Virus record (IMG/VR): IMGVR_UViG_2571042447_000001
Strand: one strand, 5' to 3'
DNA length: 64,000 nt
Source of the DNA: a virus
Part shown: positions 1-11,180 of the stretch, in pieces
Layout: every line of letters starts with the position of its first letter
How positions within the stretch are numbered: position 1 is the first letter of the stretch
The notes under the pieces: generated by a model
The model's database searches: none
Seen by the model: the letters and a program-made list of their open reading frames with translations, nothing else
Told to the model about the DNA's origin: nothing
Translations under genes and position numbers: made by a program

Positions 1-319
1 CCCCGACGAGGAATGGAGCCGCGTCAGAGATGGCGAGTTCGTGTGTGAACCACGTTTTGGTCGCGTAGAAGCCGGCACGGAGCACCAGGAGGGAGCTGAG
101 TGTGTATGCCTTGTCTGCGCCGTCCTGGAAGTACTCGAAGTATCGTGACCACCCCGAATTGTTTTTGCGCTGAGGTGAATCGACGGACATCCACGCCAAG
201 ATGGTGTCCGTGTAGAGCGGTTTGAGCACCGCGTCAGCAGCACCGCCGAGAGGCGGCACGCCGGGGATCATCGCGGTGAGATCGCCCAGCATCTGGATAG
301 TCGCGGAAAGCAATTCGTT
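1..319 (-). CDS. Minor tail protein, C-terminal part (runs off the window edge)
   Basis: Hand translation 319->1 is open: NELLSATIQMLGDLTAMIPGVPPLGGAADAVLKPLYTDTILAWMSVDSPQRKNNSGWSRYFEYFQDGADKAYTLSSLLVLRAGF. This resembles the C-terminal half of actinophage minor tail proteins and continues the 363-1496 protein in a different frame. Confidence 0.8.
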
Positions 320-371
320 GACGATTGAGATCGTCTAGCCCCACCCGAATCAACGAGTGGGGCTAGACGAC
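320..371 (-). other. Structured coding gap (putative translational bypass element)
   Basis: GTC GTC TAG (371-363), perfect 14-bp inverted repeat 331-344/357-370, matching GTC at 322-320, then the conserved frame resumes at AAC. Confidence 0.6.
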
Positions 372-1496
372 CCCCGGCATCGAGTGTCCGCCCGCGTTTA
401 CTTGAACCGCTGTAGAAGGTGAGTACGTGAAGGTCGACGAGCGTATGCCGGTCTCTTCGCCCTCGCGGTAGATCACGTAGGGCATCGACACGTGTGTCGA
501 CTTGTAGCCGGGCATGAAGTAGTCGCCGGGCACGTCGGCATCGACGATCAGGTCGAGCGTGGAGTCGATGAAGTCGTCGGCGAACTTCGCGACTGCGCGC
601 GTGAGACCGGAGTAGAGGTTGCCGCCGTTGGACGTTCCGGTGTAGTAACCGGACTTGTCGACGATGTCGATGACGAGTGCACCATGGCGGAGGTTCGCTC
701 CTGGCCAAGGCAGCGGGTCGCCTTCGAGGTATCGACGCACGACGACGGTCAGTTCGGCGTCCTCGAGGGGGCGCTTCGCCATGTCGTGCCAGGTCTTCCA
801 CCGCGACGAGACGATCGCCCACAAGGTGCCTGCGTTGAGGTCGTCCATGAAGCTGGTGGGTTTGACGACGACATTCCAGTTGGACATGTCGAGCCCGGAA
901 CCCCACGAGGCGATATTCAAGGGATCGTCGGAAAGTGCCCACGCTGAACGATTTTCACGCTTGATCTGAAGGAACAGACTGAGCTTCAGCGCCCAAATCG
1001 CAGGCCCGGCAAGCATAAATACACGCGGAAACTGCAGTGCGGCTGGCAGATTCGGATTCGACCAAACCTGATACCACTTGAGGTTCTCGTAGTCGTGCAT
1101 CCACCGCACGACGAGGACAACGGTACCGTCCTCGCGTTTCTGGACCGAGAAGTCCTGCATGCGGCCGGACCAGCGGGCACCGTCCTTGTCGACGGTGATG
1201 TGGATGTTTCGCTTCTCGCCGCGCGCCATCCGCGCTTTGACGTCCCAGATCCACATTGCTGCTTCGGAGTCGAACGGGATCTCGGTGGATCCGGTTCCCG
1301 AGTCGTTGTTGATCCACTCGAAGTTCGCCGAGTACTCGCATGCGACGACGTGCTGGAGTTTGTAGTCGCCGTCCCAGAGCCGCAGCAGTGGCGGTTCGAG
1401 GCGACGTTGCGTCTCTTCCCGTTCCTGTTCCGTTGTCGCGGCCCAGATCGCGTTGCACTGCGCGAGAAGGTCCTCGTCGATCAGGGGAGCTGTCAT
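363..1496 (-). CDS. Minor tail protein (Gp37-like/baseplate hub), N-terminal part
   Basis: 377-aa ORF with RLWDGDY, KDGARWSG and NPNLPAALQFPRVF motifs typical of actinophage minor tail proteins; second gene after the tape measure. Confidence 0.8.
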   Translation of the reverse strand: MTAPLIDEDLLAQCNAIWAATTEQEREETQRRLEPPLLRLWDGDYKLQHVVACEYSANFEWINNDSGTGSTEIPFDSEAAMWIWDVKARMARGEKRNIHITVDKDGARWSGRMQDFSVQKREDGTVVLVVRWMHDYENLKWYQVWSNPNLPAALQFPRVFMLAGPAIWALKLSLFLQIKRENRSAWALSDDPLNIASWGSGLDMSNWNVVVKPTSFMDDLNAGTLWAIVSSRWKTWHDMAKRPLEDAELTVVVRRYLEGDPLPWPGANLRHGALVIDIVDKSGYYTGTSNGGNLYSGLTRAVAKFADDFIDSTLDLIVDADVPGDYFMPGYKSTHVSMPYVIYREGEETGIRSSTFTYSPSTAVQVNAGGHSMPGVV

Positions 1497-1512
1497 CGGC
1501 GCACCTCCTGGC

Positions 1513-2433
1513 TCATTCGAGGCCCCAAGGTCGAGACCAGCGGCGGGGCTGACGAAGGACCACTCCCGCCCCGGGTGCCGCGCCGGTCACTGAGACCGGA
1601 AGCAGCGTCTCGGGCGTGTAGGGCGGGATCTTGTGCAGAAAGAACCTGCCGCCCATCCGGCCGAGCAGGTTCGTGTTGTTGACGTCTCGAACCATCAACT
1701 TCATCGGGTCGAGATCGACCGTCGCGCCACCTTCCGACGCCGACAGGGCGGGAAGTTTGACTGTCCGAGTCGGATACTTCCCACCCGGCACGCGTTCGTA
1801 TTTGCGGCCGACCCAGGAGAAATCAGGAAGCGTCCACGTCCCCGGCGCCGTCACGATCCATTTGATGAGCATCGGCTGGTCGGTCGGGTTCGAAATAGTG
1901 ACAGTCCCGGACCCCGACGTGCCGCCCTCCAGCTTCCACCCGTCGAGCTCGTCCTCCTGGAACCACATCGGTTGCCCGGCGATCGCGGTCATCGGCACGG
2001 TGCCGTGACCGGTCAGGCGCGGATCTTTGTCTGACGCGAAGTCCGGGTTCTCGGACAGCTGGAGCAGCAGATCCCGTGAGCCGGACCGTTCGGTGGTGAT
2101 CCGCATCCGAGTCTGAGATCCGTTGGGGTCCCACGGATCGATTTCGTAGTCCCAAGCCTTGCGCCATCGGGAGTCGTTCTCCTCCCATTCCTCGGACGAG
2201 TCTCCGAGAATTTCGACGCCGAACACGACTTCGCGTTGGTTAATGCGTTTGCCTCGGTAGCTGCCGCCGATCTGGAAGGCCGAAGACTTCCAGATCGTCG
2301 ACACCGGTGCGTCGTAAATGCCTCGCGGGTTGGTGGACAGGTACACCCCTTCGGCGCCCTGACCCTCACCCGCGAGGCAGAAGTACGACCCGTCGCAACC
2401 GAAGATTTCCACCTTGGCTGTCGAATCGAACAA
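1513..2433 (-). CDS. Minor tail protein (distal tail-like)
   Basis: 306-aa ORF immediately downstream of the tape measure; C-terminal PRRWSRPWGLE is typical of this family. Confidence 0.8.
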   Translation of the reverse strand: MFDSTAKVEIFGCDGSYFCLAGEGQGAEGVYLSTNPRGIYDAPVSTIWKSSAFQIGGSYRGKRINQREVVFGVEILGDSSEEWEENDSRWRKAWDYEIDPWDPNGSQTRMRITTERSGSRDLLLQLSENPDFASDKDPRLTGHGTVPMTAIAGQPMWFQEDELDGWKLEGGTSGSGTVTISNPTDQPMLIKWIVTAPGTWTLPDFSWVGRKYERVPGGKYPTRTVKLPALSASEGGATVDLDPMKLMVRDVNNTNLLGRMGGRFFLHKIPPYTPETLLPVSVTGAAPGAGVVLRQPRRWSRPWGLE

Positions 2434-5400
2434 CTAACTCCACCTCGCCCCGTGCTGCAGGGCCAGCTGCGCCGCATAGGTTTTCGCTTTCGCGAATGCC
2501 TCTTCGACAGACTGGACCTGAATGTTGATGGTTGTGGACTGGTCGACCGGGGCAGCGCCGTCACCGGCGTAAATCTGGTCCGGTCGATTGGTGGTGCCGA
2601 CGTTGTACTGCGACCCGGCGGTGAGACCGGGAGCAGCACCCGCCGACGGCACTGTGGCCTTCGACGCCTGCTCAAAGGCCTGTCGGTAGTAGCTGTTCGG
2701 ATCGATGGGAGTGCCCTTGAGCCCGAAAATTTCGAGCAGAGCGTCCTGACCGATCTTGCCGACGTCCTTGCCGTATTTATCCAGGCGTGTGTTCATGTAC
2801 GCCTGCGGATCGAACGCCGCCGCACCCGGAACTGGTGCTGCCGGATCACCTGCGAGAGCAGGTGCTACCGACGGCGATTCGGGTGTAGTCAGCGGTTGAC
2901 CTGTCACTGCCGGGATGTACTGCTGCAGCAACCGCCACTGATCGTCCGTGAACACGACTTCGGGCTTTCCGGAGAGGTTGAAACCGAAGGTCTTGTCCTT
3001 GAAGACCCCGCCCTGGTCGTATCCGGCACCGGTCAACGCTGCGACACCTTGCCCACCGAACTTCGGGTCACGAAGCAGGTAGTTCAGCGACGCACGGAGA
3101 TTCGATTCCGGATCCCAGATGTCGTCGAACCCTGGGTCCTTGTACGACTGGAACGTCGGGTCGATGACCTGAGCGAGACCTTTCGATGGGACACCGTTCT
3201 GCGCGTTGACGTCCCAGTCGTTGATCGCGTTCGGGTTACCACCGGATTCCCGTTGGATCTGGTACAGGTACTTGTCGACCAATGACCGGTCGATACCCTT
3301 TTCGTCGAACAGCTTCTCCACGAGGGGTCGCCACTGTTCCGCACCAGAGTTCTTGTCGTACGGGACATCTCCACCACCGGAAGTGGCTGACTTGCCACGG
3401 ACGATCGTCAAAGCCGCGTCCGTCAACTTGTCGTAAACGGCGAGCGGAATCTGCCCGAACATGCCCAATTCCGAGAACTCCGGAATCATCTTCCGCAGTC
3501 CCTTGACCGGAAGCTCGAACAGGTTCGCGGTCTGATTGCGGACCATGTTGAACGCCCCGCTGATCGCTCCCGTGAACCGTTCGAACAGCGACTTCTTTTC
3601 CTCGTCGCTCATTTCGGCCTGCGGGAAATCGTTCGCCCAGTGCACGTGATCCCAGTGACCAGGCAAGTCACCGGCGTACACCTGATTCGAGAGCTGACCC
3701 TGGTCGGTGATCATGTTTCCGCCGACGTTGTAGAGCAACGGTCCAGGACCCCAAATCAGCTGCGCTGATTGCGGATACGCCTGGAAGATCCAGTCCGCGT
3801 AGGCCTGCTTGTTCGGACCGTCGATGTCGACGGCGCCGCCCTTGCCGTGATAGCCGGAATGGCCGGGGCGAAGAGCGGACGTGATCGTCACTTCCGGGAA
3901 CGCGTCCTGGATGACCTGCGCCATCCAAGTGTCGGTGTCGGAACCGAAGATCACACCACCACCGAGCGCGAACTTCGCCGGTCCCTTGTTCTGGACCCGA
4001 CCTCCGTCTCGGTAGTTGCTGGCCAAGGTCTCGCGGCGCATCCGCTCGACCTCGCCGTGACCGCCTGCAGCCATGACTTCTGCTGCTGTCCAGACGTGCT
4101 CGCCGTTCGAGAGCCAGGCGGGAATCTTGTCGTCGCGCGGGCCACCTGCACCGAACACCGCGCCACCGTCGCGACGATGAATCATCTGGTCCGCGATGTT
4201 TCCGCCGGACTTGCCGCCGACTTCACCGATCGGATCGATCGTCGGCCACGGTTCCAGATCGAGCAGTCCCGCGACTGCGTTCCACGCTTTGCCGAGCCCG
4301 TTGTTGAGCACGGTGTCGATGACGAAGTTGATCGGCCCGGCCAGACGCTCCCTCAATCCGTCCCAGATGTCGCCGATCGCAGAGACGATGCCGCCGAAGA
4401 AGTTTCGCAGTTCGTCGAGCGCGCCCCGGAAGCCTGGGAAGTGCTTTTCGACGATATCCGCGATACCGGAACCGATCGCGGATGGAAGGTTCTTCCAGTC
4501 CGTGACGGCTCCGTTGGTGATCTTCGAGAGGAAATCGTTGGCGAGTCCACCGAGGCCTTCGTTGCGTAGGGTGTCCCACGCCGGCCGGATGGTGTTATTC
4601 CAACCGTCGGAGACCCGTGAGCACAGTTCGTCCCACTTGGCCTTCGCCCCGTCTCGTAGACCGGTGATCGCCGATGATCCGATTTCACCGATCCGGGAGC
4701 TGACGTCGCCGAACCACTTCTTGGTGTCCTCGACCTTGTCGCCGACAGAGCCGGTGAATCCGTCCCACGCCTCCTTGGCCGCATTGATCGACTTCTCCCA
4801 CAACGCTGCGGCCGGAGACTGCCCTTCTTCCGCGCCGATCCAGTCCCACGCGCCGCCGCCGACGAAGTCACCGACGCCGCTGAGTCCGCGGTTGATCGCC
4901 CCGCCCCAGCCGCCGTGGTCCTTGTTCCACAGACCACCGTCGTACTCGTCTGTCTCGTTGTTGTAGCCGAAGAACGAGTTGACGCCTCGCGAGGTTTTGC
5001 CCCACCAGCCACCGTCGTTGTCGGCTCCGTCCCACACTTGCCGCAGTGCGCCCGCGCGTTGCGCCTGACCAGGTTCGAGTTGTTCGGGAACCTTGCCGGG
5101 TGCGTCGCCTTGTTCACCGTCGTCACTGCTTCGGGCGGGCCGGAACGTCGCCAACAGCCCTGCGGCCGTGGAGATTATGCCCATGATCGATTCGACGATC
5201 GACTTGACGTCCTCGAAGAACTTCTTGATTTCTTCGCGACCTTCGGGCGTTCCGAGGAATTCGTTCCAGCGGTCGAGGGTGGACTCGATCGAGTCGAGCC
5301 AGGACTCCCCCACCTCATCCGAGCCAGCGAACATGTTGCCCGCGAGTTCGCCGATTCCCTTGATGATGCGCCAGATTTGAGCGAACGTGTCGATCGCTTC

Positions 5401-7250
5401 CTGCATGAAATTGTGCAGTTGCGACTTACCGTTTTCGTCGATGGTGGTGCGCATCGAGTGGATCATTTCGGCGAAATTTCCGGTCCCCTCCTCGAAAGCA
5501 CCGGTGATAGAGGGGAGGAAATCCGATCCGACGGCGGAGAGGTCCAGTAGCGCAGAACCGAGATTGCCGAGACCATCCAGCAATGGCCCCAACGCTTCTG
5601 CCGTGTTGGTGAGGATCTGCGAGATGTCGTCCTTGACACCATCTGTCATCAGCCAATCCATGGCCGATTTCAGTTTGGTGTTCAACACGTCCGCCAGCGC
5701 CGTCAGACCGTCCGTCAGGATCGGCATGTAGGTGCCGCCGAGCTCCGAGAACTTCTGCCCCATCCCGTCGAACAGCGCGTCCTGTACCGAGAACCGGAGT
5801 TCCTTCCAGCGTCGGACATTCCGCGTGTCATCTCGACGAACTGCCGTGCATTCGGCGAGAGGTTCGCGAGCGCCTCGTTGTACTTCTCGAGGGACGGCGA
5901 TCCTGCTGCCATGGTGTCGTTCAGGTTCTGCTGAGCGACCGCCACGTTGTCGAGTGCCCGCTCAATCCCTCTCTGCGACTCAGCGACTCGATCCTGCGCA
6001 TCGACGATCGCTTGCTTCGAGTCGACGACACGGTCATCGGCGTCCACCACTGCCTGTTGAGCAGCGACGACCTGGTCCGCACCTTCGACGCCCTTGGCGT
6101 TGACGTCAGCGACCTCGGCCCGGAGATCCTGGTTCGCCTCGCGGACCTCCGTCAGACGCTGGACCTGCTGGCGGTAGGCGAGATCGGCCCTGCGTAGCTG
6201 GGTCGGGGTCGTATCGCCGGAGCTTCGGGCTTCGACCAGTCGTTCCCAGGACTCCTGAACCCCGAGTAGCGCGTCCTCTTCGTCGAGGGAACTGCGCTTG
6301 AGGGCGAGGTTCATGTCCTCGATCTGCTCGGTTGCGGCCTTGCGCGCCTGCGTGAGCGACTTCTGTGCGAGTTCCGCGTCCGCCACCGCGCGACGGTTGT
6401 TCTTCTCCGCAGACTCGACCTCACGCAGTGCTCGTGTGTGGCCCTTCTCTGCCTGCTCCACCGCGTCGATCGCGTCGGCAAGAGAGCGCTGAGCGGCCTC
6501 GGTCTGCTTCGCTGCGGCTGCCGACTCCTTCGCGGAGTTCTTGGCCGCTTCCTTGCCTGCCTCGAAGGCGTCCTTGATGCCGGTGGCACCGACTGCGATC
6601 GTTGCGAAGGTCGCGGCGGCAGCAGCACCCATCGCGGGGAGCAGTGCAACGACCCCTGCTGCCTGGACGAGTTGGCCGATGAGCGGTACCAACGACACTG
6701 CACCCAACGCGACCAAAGCGACCTTCGCCAGACCTGCACCGGAAGCAATGCCACTGAGAGCTGCTCCGGCACCGCCACCGGCGCCGCCACCTCCACCACC
6801 GGCAGGGATCGGCGGCATGCCACGAATCAGCGCCTCGAGCGCCAATACCTGTGCGGTCAGAGCTGCGACCTGAGTCATCGCCGCACCTGTGTCGATGTCC
6901 AGGTTCATGTGGACGTCTCTGATCGATGCCCGGAACGCCTGCATTTGCGCATGTGCCCTGGTCAGGTCCAGATCGGCGCGAACGGTGACGTCGGCTTCCA
7001 TCCCCTGCAACTGGGTACGTACGCGATTACGCAGCCCCGTGAGATTCGGGGTGATGTCGACCTCGACTGCCGGCATGTTCCGGGTACCGTTCCGCACCCG
7101 CTGGTGGAATCCGGCAAGGTTGGGCTCGACCTGAACAGTTGCGTCGACGCGACGCGAATTGACGAGGAATCGCAGTCGCTCGTGGAAGTTCGCCGATAGC
7201 TCTGGTTCGACAATCAGCCGTGCGGATCCCGCGTTGTAACTGTCGGCCAC
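2434..7250 (-). CDS. Tape measure protein with C-terminal peptidoglycan-hydrolase motifs; apparent 1-nt frameshift near 5803
   Basis: ORFs 5715-7250 and 2434-5763 join if one base is restored (GMSDA-WKELRFSVQDALFDGMG). Long Ala/Gly-rich helical sequence; SLT-like RESGGNPNAINDWD and YHGKGGAVDI...HWDHVH motifs. Confidence 0.9.
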
Positions 7251-7265
7251 AGGTCACCTCGCTAT

Positions 7266-8157
7266 TTAGTTGTTGAGCCCCAATTTCGCGAGAACGCGAT
7301 CGACGGATTTCGTGTCGCGTTCGCGTTCGAGGAGTTCGAGGGCGGTACGTGGCCGTTCGAGAGGCAGCGGCGGCGACCCCTTGTTTCCATGGACTCGCCG
7401 AAGGGTGTAGTCGAGTCCTTGGATGGCTTCGACCGTCGCCATTTGCAGGTAGACCTCGCGGGACATTCCCAGAGGTGTCATCAACGGTGCGGGCGCGTCG
7501 CCCCCAGCGCTGGAGTCTTGGTCGAGGAGGTATTCAGCCAACTCGAAATCCATTGCGCGAGCGGCTTTGTAGTGGGTGTGCTCTGGAAGTCGGTAGAGGA
7601 GCCGATACAGCTTCGGCCACGGGTGTTTGTGACGAAAGAAGTCGAGGAGATCGAGTCCGAACTCGCGTTGAAGGTCGAACTCGATCTCTTCCCCGTAGCG
7701 TCGATGAGCTGAATCAGCCCTGCGATCCCCCCGGGACATCACTCGCCCCGTTGCTCCCCTGCGGCCGTTGCCCGTAGAAGTGCGTCTGCACATCCTGGAG
7801 GAACGCAGCGGTGACCTTGAAGTGCTTGCCTCGCAACAGTTCCGACCACACTCGCTCGTAAGCTTCACCGCATACCGCCATCAGCAGCGGCTGAAAGTCT
7901 TGGGGAGACAGATTCTTGATCCCGTGCTCGAGGAGCATGGTCATCGCGACGATCCGTTCGGTCTCGACCGGCTCGGTGATTACGATGTCGGGCACGATGC
8001 CGTCTTCTTCACCGATCACGTACGGGTCGAGGGGCACGAAGTCCTTGGTGGCTTCGTTGGCGAGGGCGGTGAAGCGGCCGACAACCTTCTTCTCCGGTTC
8101 CTGCACGGGCGCGATGCGGCGGGGCTTGGGGGCGGTGGCCTTGCGGGGGGTAGCCAT
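7266..8157 (-). CDS. Tail assembly chaperone pair (G/GT) with probable programmed -1 frameshift
   Basis: ORF 8157-7714 (MATPRKATAPK...) ends just after a G-run (GTCCCGGGGGGAT, about 7724-7736). The overlapping -1 frame continues to 7266 (RRYGEEIEFDLQREFGLDLLDFF). Position lies between major tail and tape measure. Confidence 0.75.
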
Positions 8158-8182
8158 GGGGGTGTCTCTTTTCGTTCGAGGG

Positions 8183-8434
8183 TCAGGAGGCCGAGCGGGA
8201 GCGCGGCTTGGCGGGCTTGGACGGCTGGGCGTCCTCGGATGGGGTAGCCTCACCGGTCTCAGCGGGTGTCGACGCATCGTTGGCTGCGGTGCTGTCGTCG
8301 GCCAGGTCGGGATCTGGTGCTGCGACACGGAAACCGCGGCCCAGCAGGTTGTGGTACGCGGTTGCGCTGTGAACGGTGACCTTCTCCTCGCCCTTTTCCA
8401 AGACGCGGGGAAGGTCGTACGGGTTGTCGGACAT
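8183..8434 (-). CDS. Hypothetical virion-region protein
   Basis: Short ORF MSDNPYDLPRVLEKGEEKVTV with upstream GGGAGA RBS. Confidence 0.6.
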   Translation of the reverse strand: MSDNPYDLPRVLEKGEEKVTVHSATAYHNLLGRGFRVAAPDPDLADDSTAANDASTPAETGEATPSEDAQPSKPAKPRSRSAS

Positions 8435-8468
8435 GTTCTCTCCCAAAGGTGTTCAGGTTGTGGACGAA

Positions 8469-8504
8469 ACGCCCGCCACACCAGACGGTTGATGTGGCGG
8501 GCGT
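8469..8504 (-). terminator. Hairpin/terminator after the major tail gene
   Basis: Inverted repeat ACGCCCGCCACA / TGTGGCGGGCGT directly downstream of the 8515 stop. Confidence 0.6.
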
Positions 8505-8514
8505 GTTGGATCGA

Positions 8515-9162
8515 TCAGGCGAAGCCGTGCTTGCCGGCGAGGGCCTTCCAGCCCGGACCGCCGAAGAACAGTCGCGAGGAGTACCCGAGGGTCGAGTCGA
8601 CCTTCGCCTTGAGGGTCATCGGGTAGGACAGCGCCTTGTCGGTTCCCCAGTCCTGCGCTGCGACTTCGGAAACCGTTGCGCGGGGCAGGATGCGGCCGAA
8701 GTAGATTTCCTCGCCTTCCGCGCCGTCGATGCCGAGGAAGATCGTTCGGTAGTACCGCGTTGCCGGGGAGGTGGGTTCAGAGAACTGAACTTCACCGGTT
8801 GTCGGGTCGGGCGCCACCTGAGACAGGTCGACGTTGTGGTACATCTCGAGGACCCTGCGGCTGGTCTCGATCGGGGTGTATCCGACGGCGAGTGTGCGCT
8901 TGATGACGTCCTCGCGGACTTCTTCGAGCACACCCCACGCTTCGATGGTCGTGGTCTGGACGTCCGGGGTGAAGCTCGGTGGCGCGTCCTTGGCGATGTG
9001 GCCGACGGACGAGAAGCCGGTGAAATCCACGAGGTCGGCGGTTGCACCGGTCGTGAACTTGACCGGGATGGCCGCAGTCATTGGCGCGATGAGAACCGCG
9101 CCCTTGTTGGGCTTGCGGACCAGTTCTGCCTTGAGGTCGAGCAGGGCATCGTCAAATGCCAT
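8515..9162 (-). CDS. Major tail protein
   Basis: 215 aa with GHIAKD, IEAWG and YYRTIFLGIDG motifs like mycobacteriophage tail tube proteins; GGAGA RBS. Confidence 0.85.
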   Translation of the reverse strand: MAFDDALLDLKAELVRKPNKGAVLIAPMTAAIPVKFTTGATADLVDFTGFSSVGHIAKDAPPSFTPDVQTTTIEAWGVLEEVREDVIKRTLAVGYTPIETSRRVLEMYHNVDLSQVAPDPTTGEVQFSEPTSPATRYYRTIFLGIDGAEGEEIYFGRILPRATVSEVAAQDWGTDKALSYPMTLKAKVDSTLGYSSRLFFGGPGWKALAGKHGFA

Positions 9163-9237
9163 GGGAGGTCTCCTTACGTGGGGTTACGAGTGAGCGACCG
9201 CTGCCCCACCGGGAGCGGAAGCGGCGGCGAGTCGTGG

Positions 9238-9629
9238 TCAGAGCCGCGTACGGCGGAAGCTGAGCTGGTACGTGGCTTGGACCATCCGGTTCAGGGGGTC
9301 GATGTCCGGGAGTTGCGTTACACCGGTGACCTCGCGAGCGGCGTCGACGAGTGCGCCCGCGATCTTGCGGTTGACCGAGTTCAGGACGCTTCGCGGCACT
9401 GTTCGGCGATGCCGGTCGATGTTGATCGTTTCCGGGCGAAGACGGCGACCTGCAGGATCGGGCGGTCGGTGATCTCGTCGCGGCTGCCGCCGTTTCGGGT
9501 GATCCAGATGACCGGCATCTTCGTGACGTCGAAGTCGCCTTTTTGGTCGACTGGTAGATAGGTGCATGCGTGCCCGAATGGTGCGAGCAGGTCGACGAGC
9601 ACCTGTTCAGCGTCGGGAAATGGCCCCAT
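9238..9629 (-). CDS. Tail terminator protein (apparent 1-nt frameshift near 9390)
   Basis: MGPFPDAEQVLVDLL...ILQVAVFAR joins VLNSVNRKIAGALVD...VQATYQLSFRR in the adjacent frame; consistent synteny. Confidence 0.7.
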
Positions 9630-9943
9630 TACGTGGACTCGATCACTGAAATGGCCTGCGCAAGAACCCGTTCTGGCCTGTTGTATCGGGTGCCGTGTTC
9701 ACGGAACCGCGCGTAGTGGCCGAACGCGTAGATCACGCCGACCTGTTTCGTGCCGTTGAGGCCTCCGCGAGTCAGCAGCGTGGTCACGGATTGCGAGTTG
9801 TAGCCGGTTCGCTTGCGAGAGTTCGCCGTCCAGAACGCCGCACCGATCTCACACTTGGTGTGAATGACCTTCGCGAGGTCATCGGATTCACTCAGGTACA
9901 CGTCCAGGTTGTTTCCAGCGGAACTCGTTCTCAGGGAACCCAT
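9629..9943 (-). CDS. Neck/head-tail region protein
   Basis: ORF with AFGHYARFREHGT motif; consistent synteny. Confidence 0.6.
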   Translation of the reverse strand: MGSLRTSSAGNNLDVYLSESDDLAKVIHTKCEIGAAFWTANSRKRTGYNSQSVTTLLTRGGLNGTKQVGVIYAFGHYARFREHGTRYNRPERVLAQAISVIEST

Positions 9944-10265
9944 CACGTCACCTCCGTGAGAGTGAACCGGATGAACGGTGTCCATCCTGTGAACGGGTTG
10001 GTCTGGGGTTCGACGTCCGATGTGATCGACGCGATCGTCCCGTCCGGGAGTTTGATTCGGTCGCTCTTACGAACGTCTGATCCGACCGGAGCGGACACCG
10101 GAATCGTGTTGGTGTCGCGATCCTGTCGGTTCCCCTGGTGACCGCCTGCCATGCGGGGGCTGTCGCACGGCCGATCGACCCGACTTCCTCGTAGTCACCG
10201 TCTCCGTGCACGTCGACATCAGGTGCACGGAGAACGGTGAGCATCGATCCTGCTGGGAACTCCAT
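9943..10265 (-). CDS. Head-to-tail stopper (apparent 1-nt frameshift near 10170)
   Basis: MEFPAGSMLTVLRAPDVDVHGD joins PVGSDVRKSDRIKLPDG...NPFTGW; consistent synteny. Confidence 0.65.
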
Positions 10266-10687
10266 TACAGGTACCTCGGCGCGCGTGTGCCGAGCCCGGC
10301 ATTCGTCAGCACGTCGAACGCGAGTTCCGAAAGCTGAGTTGCCGCTTTCGCGCGCTGTTCGACCGTCGCCTGCCCGGCATAGGTCACCGAACCGCCTGGC
10401 ACCGACTGCGATCCGATCTGAAGGTCTTGCCCGAAGGCACCTTTGTTCGGATCCACCTTCGCCGCGCTCCACTCGGTGACCTGCAGGCACGTCGCATCGC
10501 GGAACGCTTCGGCAACCGTCGGGTCGGACGGCGCTCCTGCCGGTGTTGTGTCGTATCGGTCATGCCTGGTCGCTTTGCTGACCAGGATGCTCGCAGACCG
10601 CAGTAGCGACGCCGCCCCGACGGGGACTGACTCGAACCAGTCCCCGTCGACGAGATCGTCAGGCGTTGCGTGAACCAGAATGCCCAT
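10265..10687 (-). CDS. Head-to-tail adaptor
   Basis: 140 aa with EAFRDATCLQVTEW and QSVPGGSVTY motifs; located after the capsid gene. Confidence 0.7.
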   Translation of the reverse strand: MGILVHATPDDLVDGDWFESVPVGAASLLRSASILVSKATRHDRYDTTPAGAPSDPTVAEAFRDATCLQVTEWSAAKVDPNKGAFGQDLQIGSQSVPGGSVTYAGQATVEQRAKAATQLSELAFDVLTNAGLGTRAPRYL

Positions 10688-10704
10688 CGGTCACCGCCTT
10701 TCGA

Positions 10705-11175
10705 TCACTTGGCCGGCAGGAACCAAGCCGCGATCTTCTTGGTCGACACGCCCTTGACGTCGTCCTCGGTCTTGCCGTGCGCGAGGGCGTAGGCAACCCA
10801 GTCGGATCGTTCTGCGTCGGCTGCCGGGAGTGTGTCCGCGAGTTCGCCGCTGAGTTCCTGGACCTGTGCGGTGGCGTCCTCGTGGGCTTCCTCGAGTGCC
10901 GTCTGTGCGTCCTCGGCTGCGACGGTCGCGTCGGCGACCTTCGCTTCGGCCGATTCGATGGCCGCTTCGGCCGATTCGAGGCCATCGGTGGTTGTCGGTT
11001 CGACGGTGTGACCGCCGACTTCCGAAGTGACATCACTCGACGGGGTGTGCGTCAATTCGGCTGGGGCGCTGAGCCCCTCCTCGATGCGTTCCCAGCGGGC
11101 CAGGTCGGACAGGTGCGACGGATCGTCGTCTACCTGCACAACCTGGCCGCTGTTGCAATTACGGAAGGTGGGCAT
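10705..11175 (-). CDS. Hypothetical capsid-adjacent protein
   Basis: 156-aa Ala/Glu-rich ORF directly downstream of the major capsid gene. Confidence 0.6.
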   Translation of the reverse strand: MPTFRNCNSGQVVQVDDDPSHLSDLARWERIEEGLSAPAELTHTPSSDVTSEVGGHTVEPTTTDGLESAEAAIESAEAKVADATVAAEDAQTALEEAHEDATAQVQELSGELADTLPAADAERSDWVAYALAHGKTEDDVKGVSTKKIAAWFLPAK

Positions 11176-11180
11176 CAGGC

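Noticed and set aside
7714-7740. Tail chaperone frameshift as a novel recoding event
   Set aside because: Programmed -1 frameshifting in tail assembly chaperones is well known, so it is listed only as a feature.
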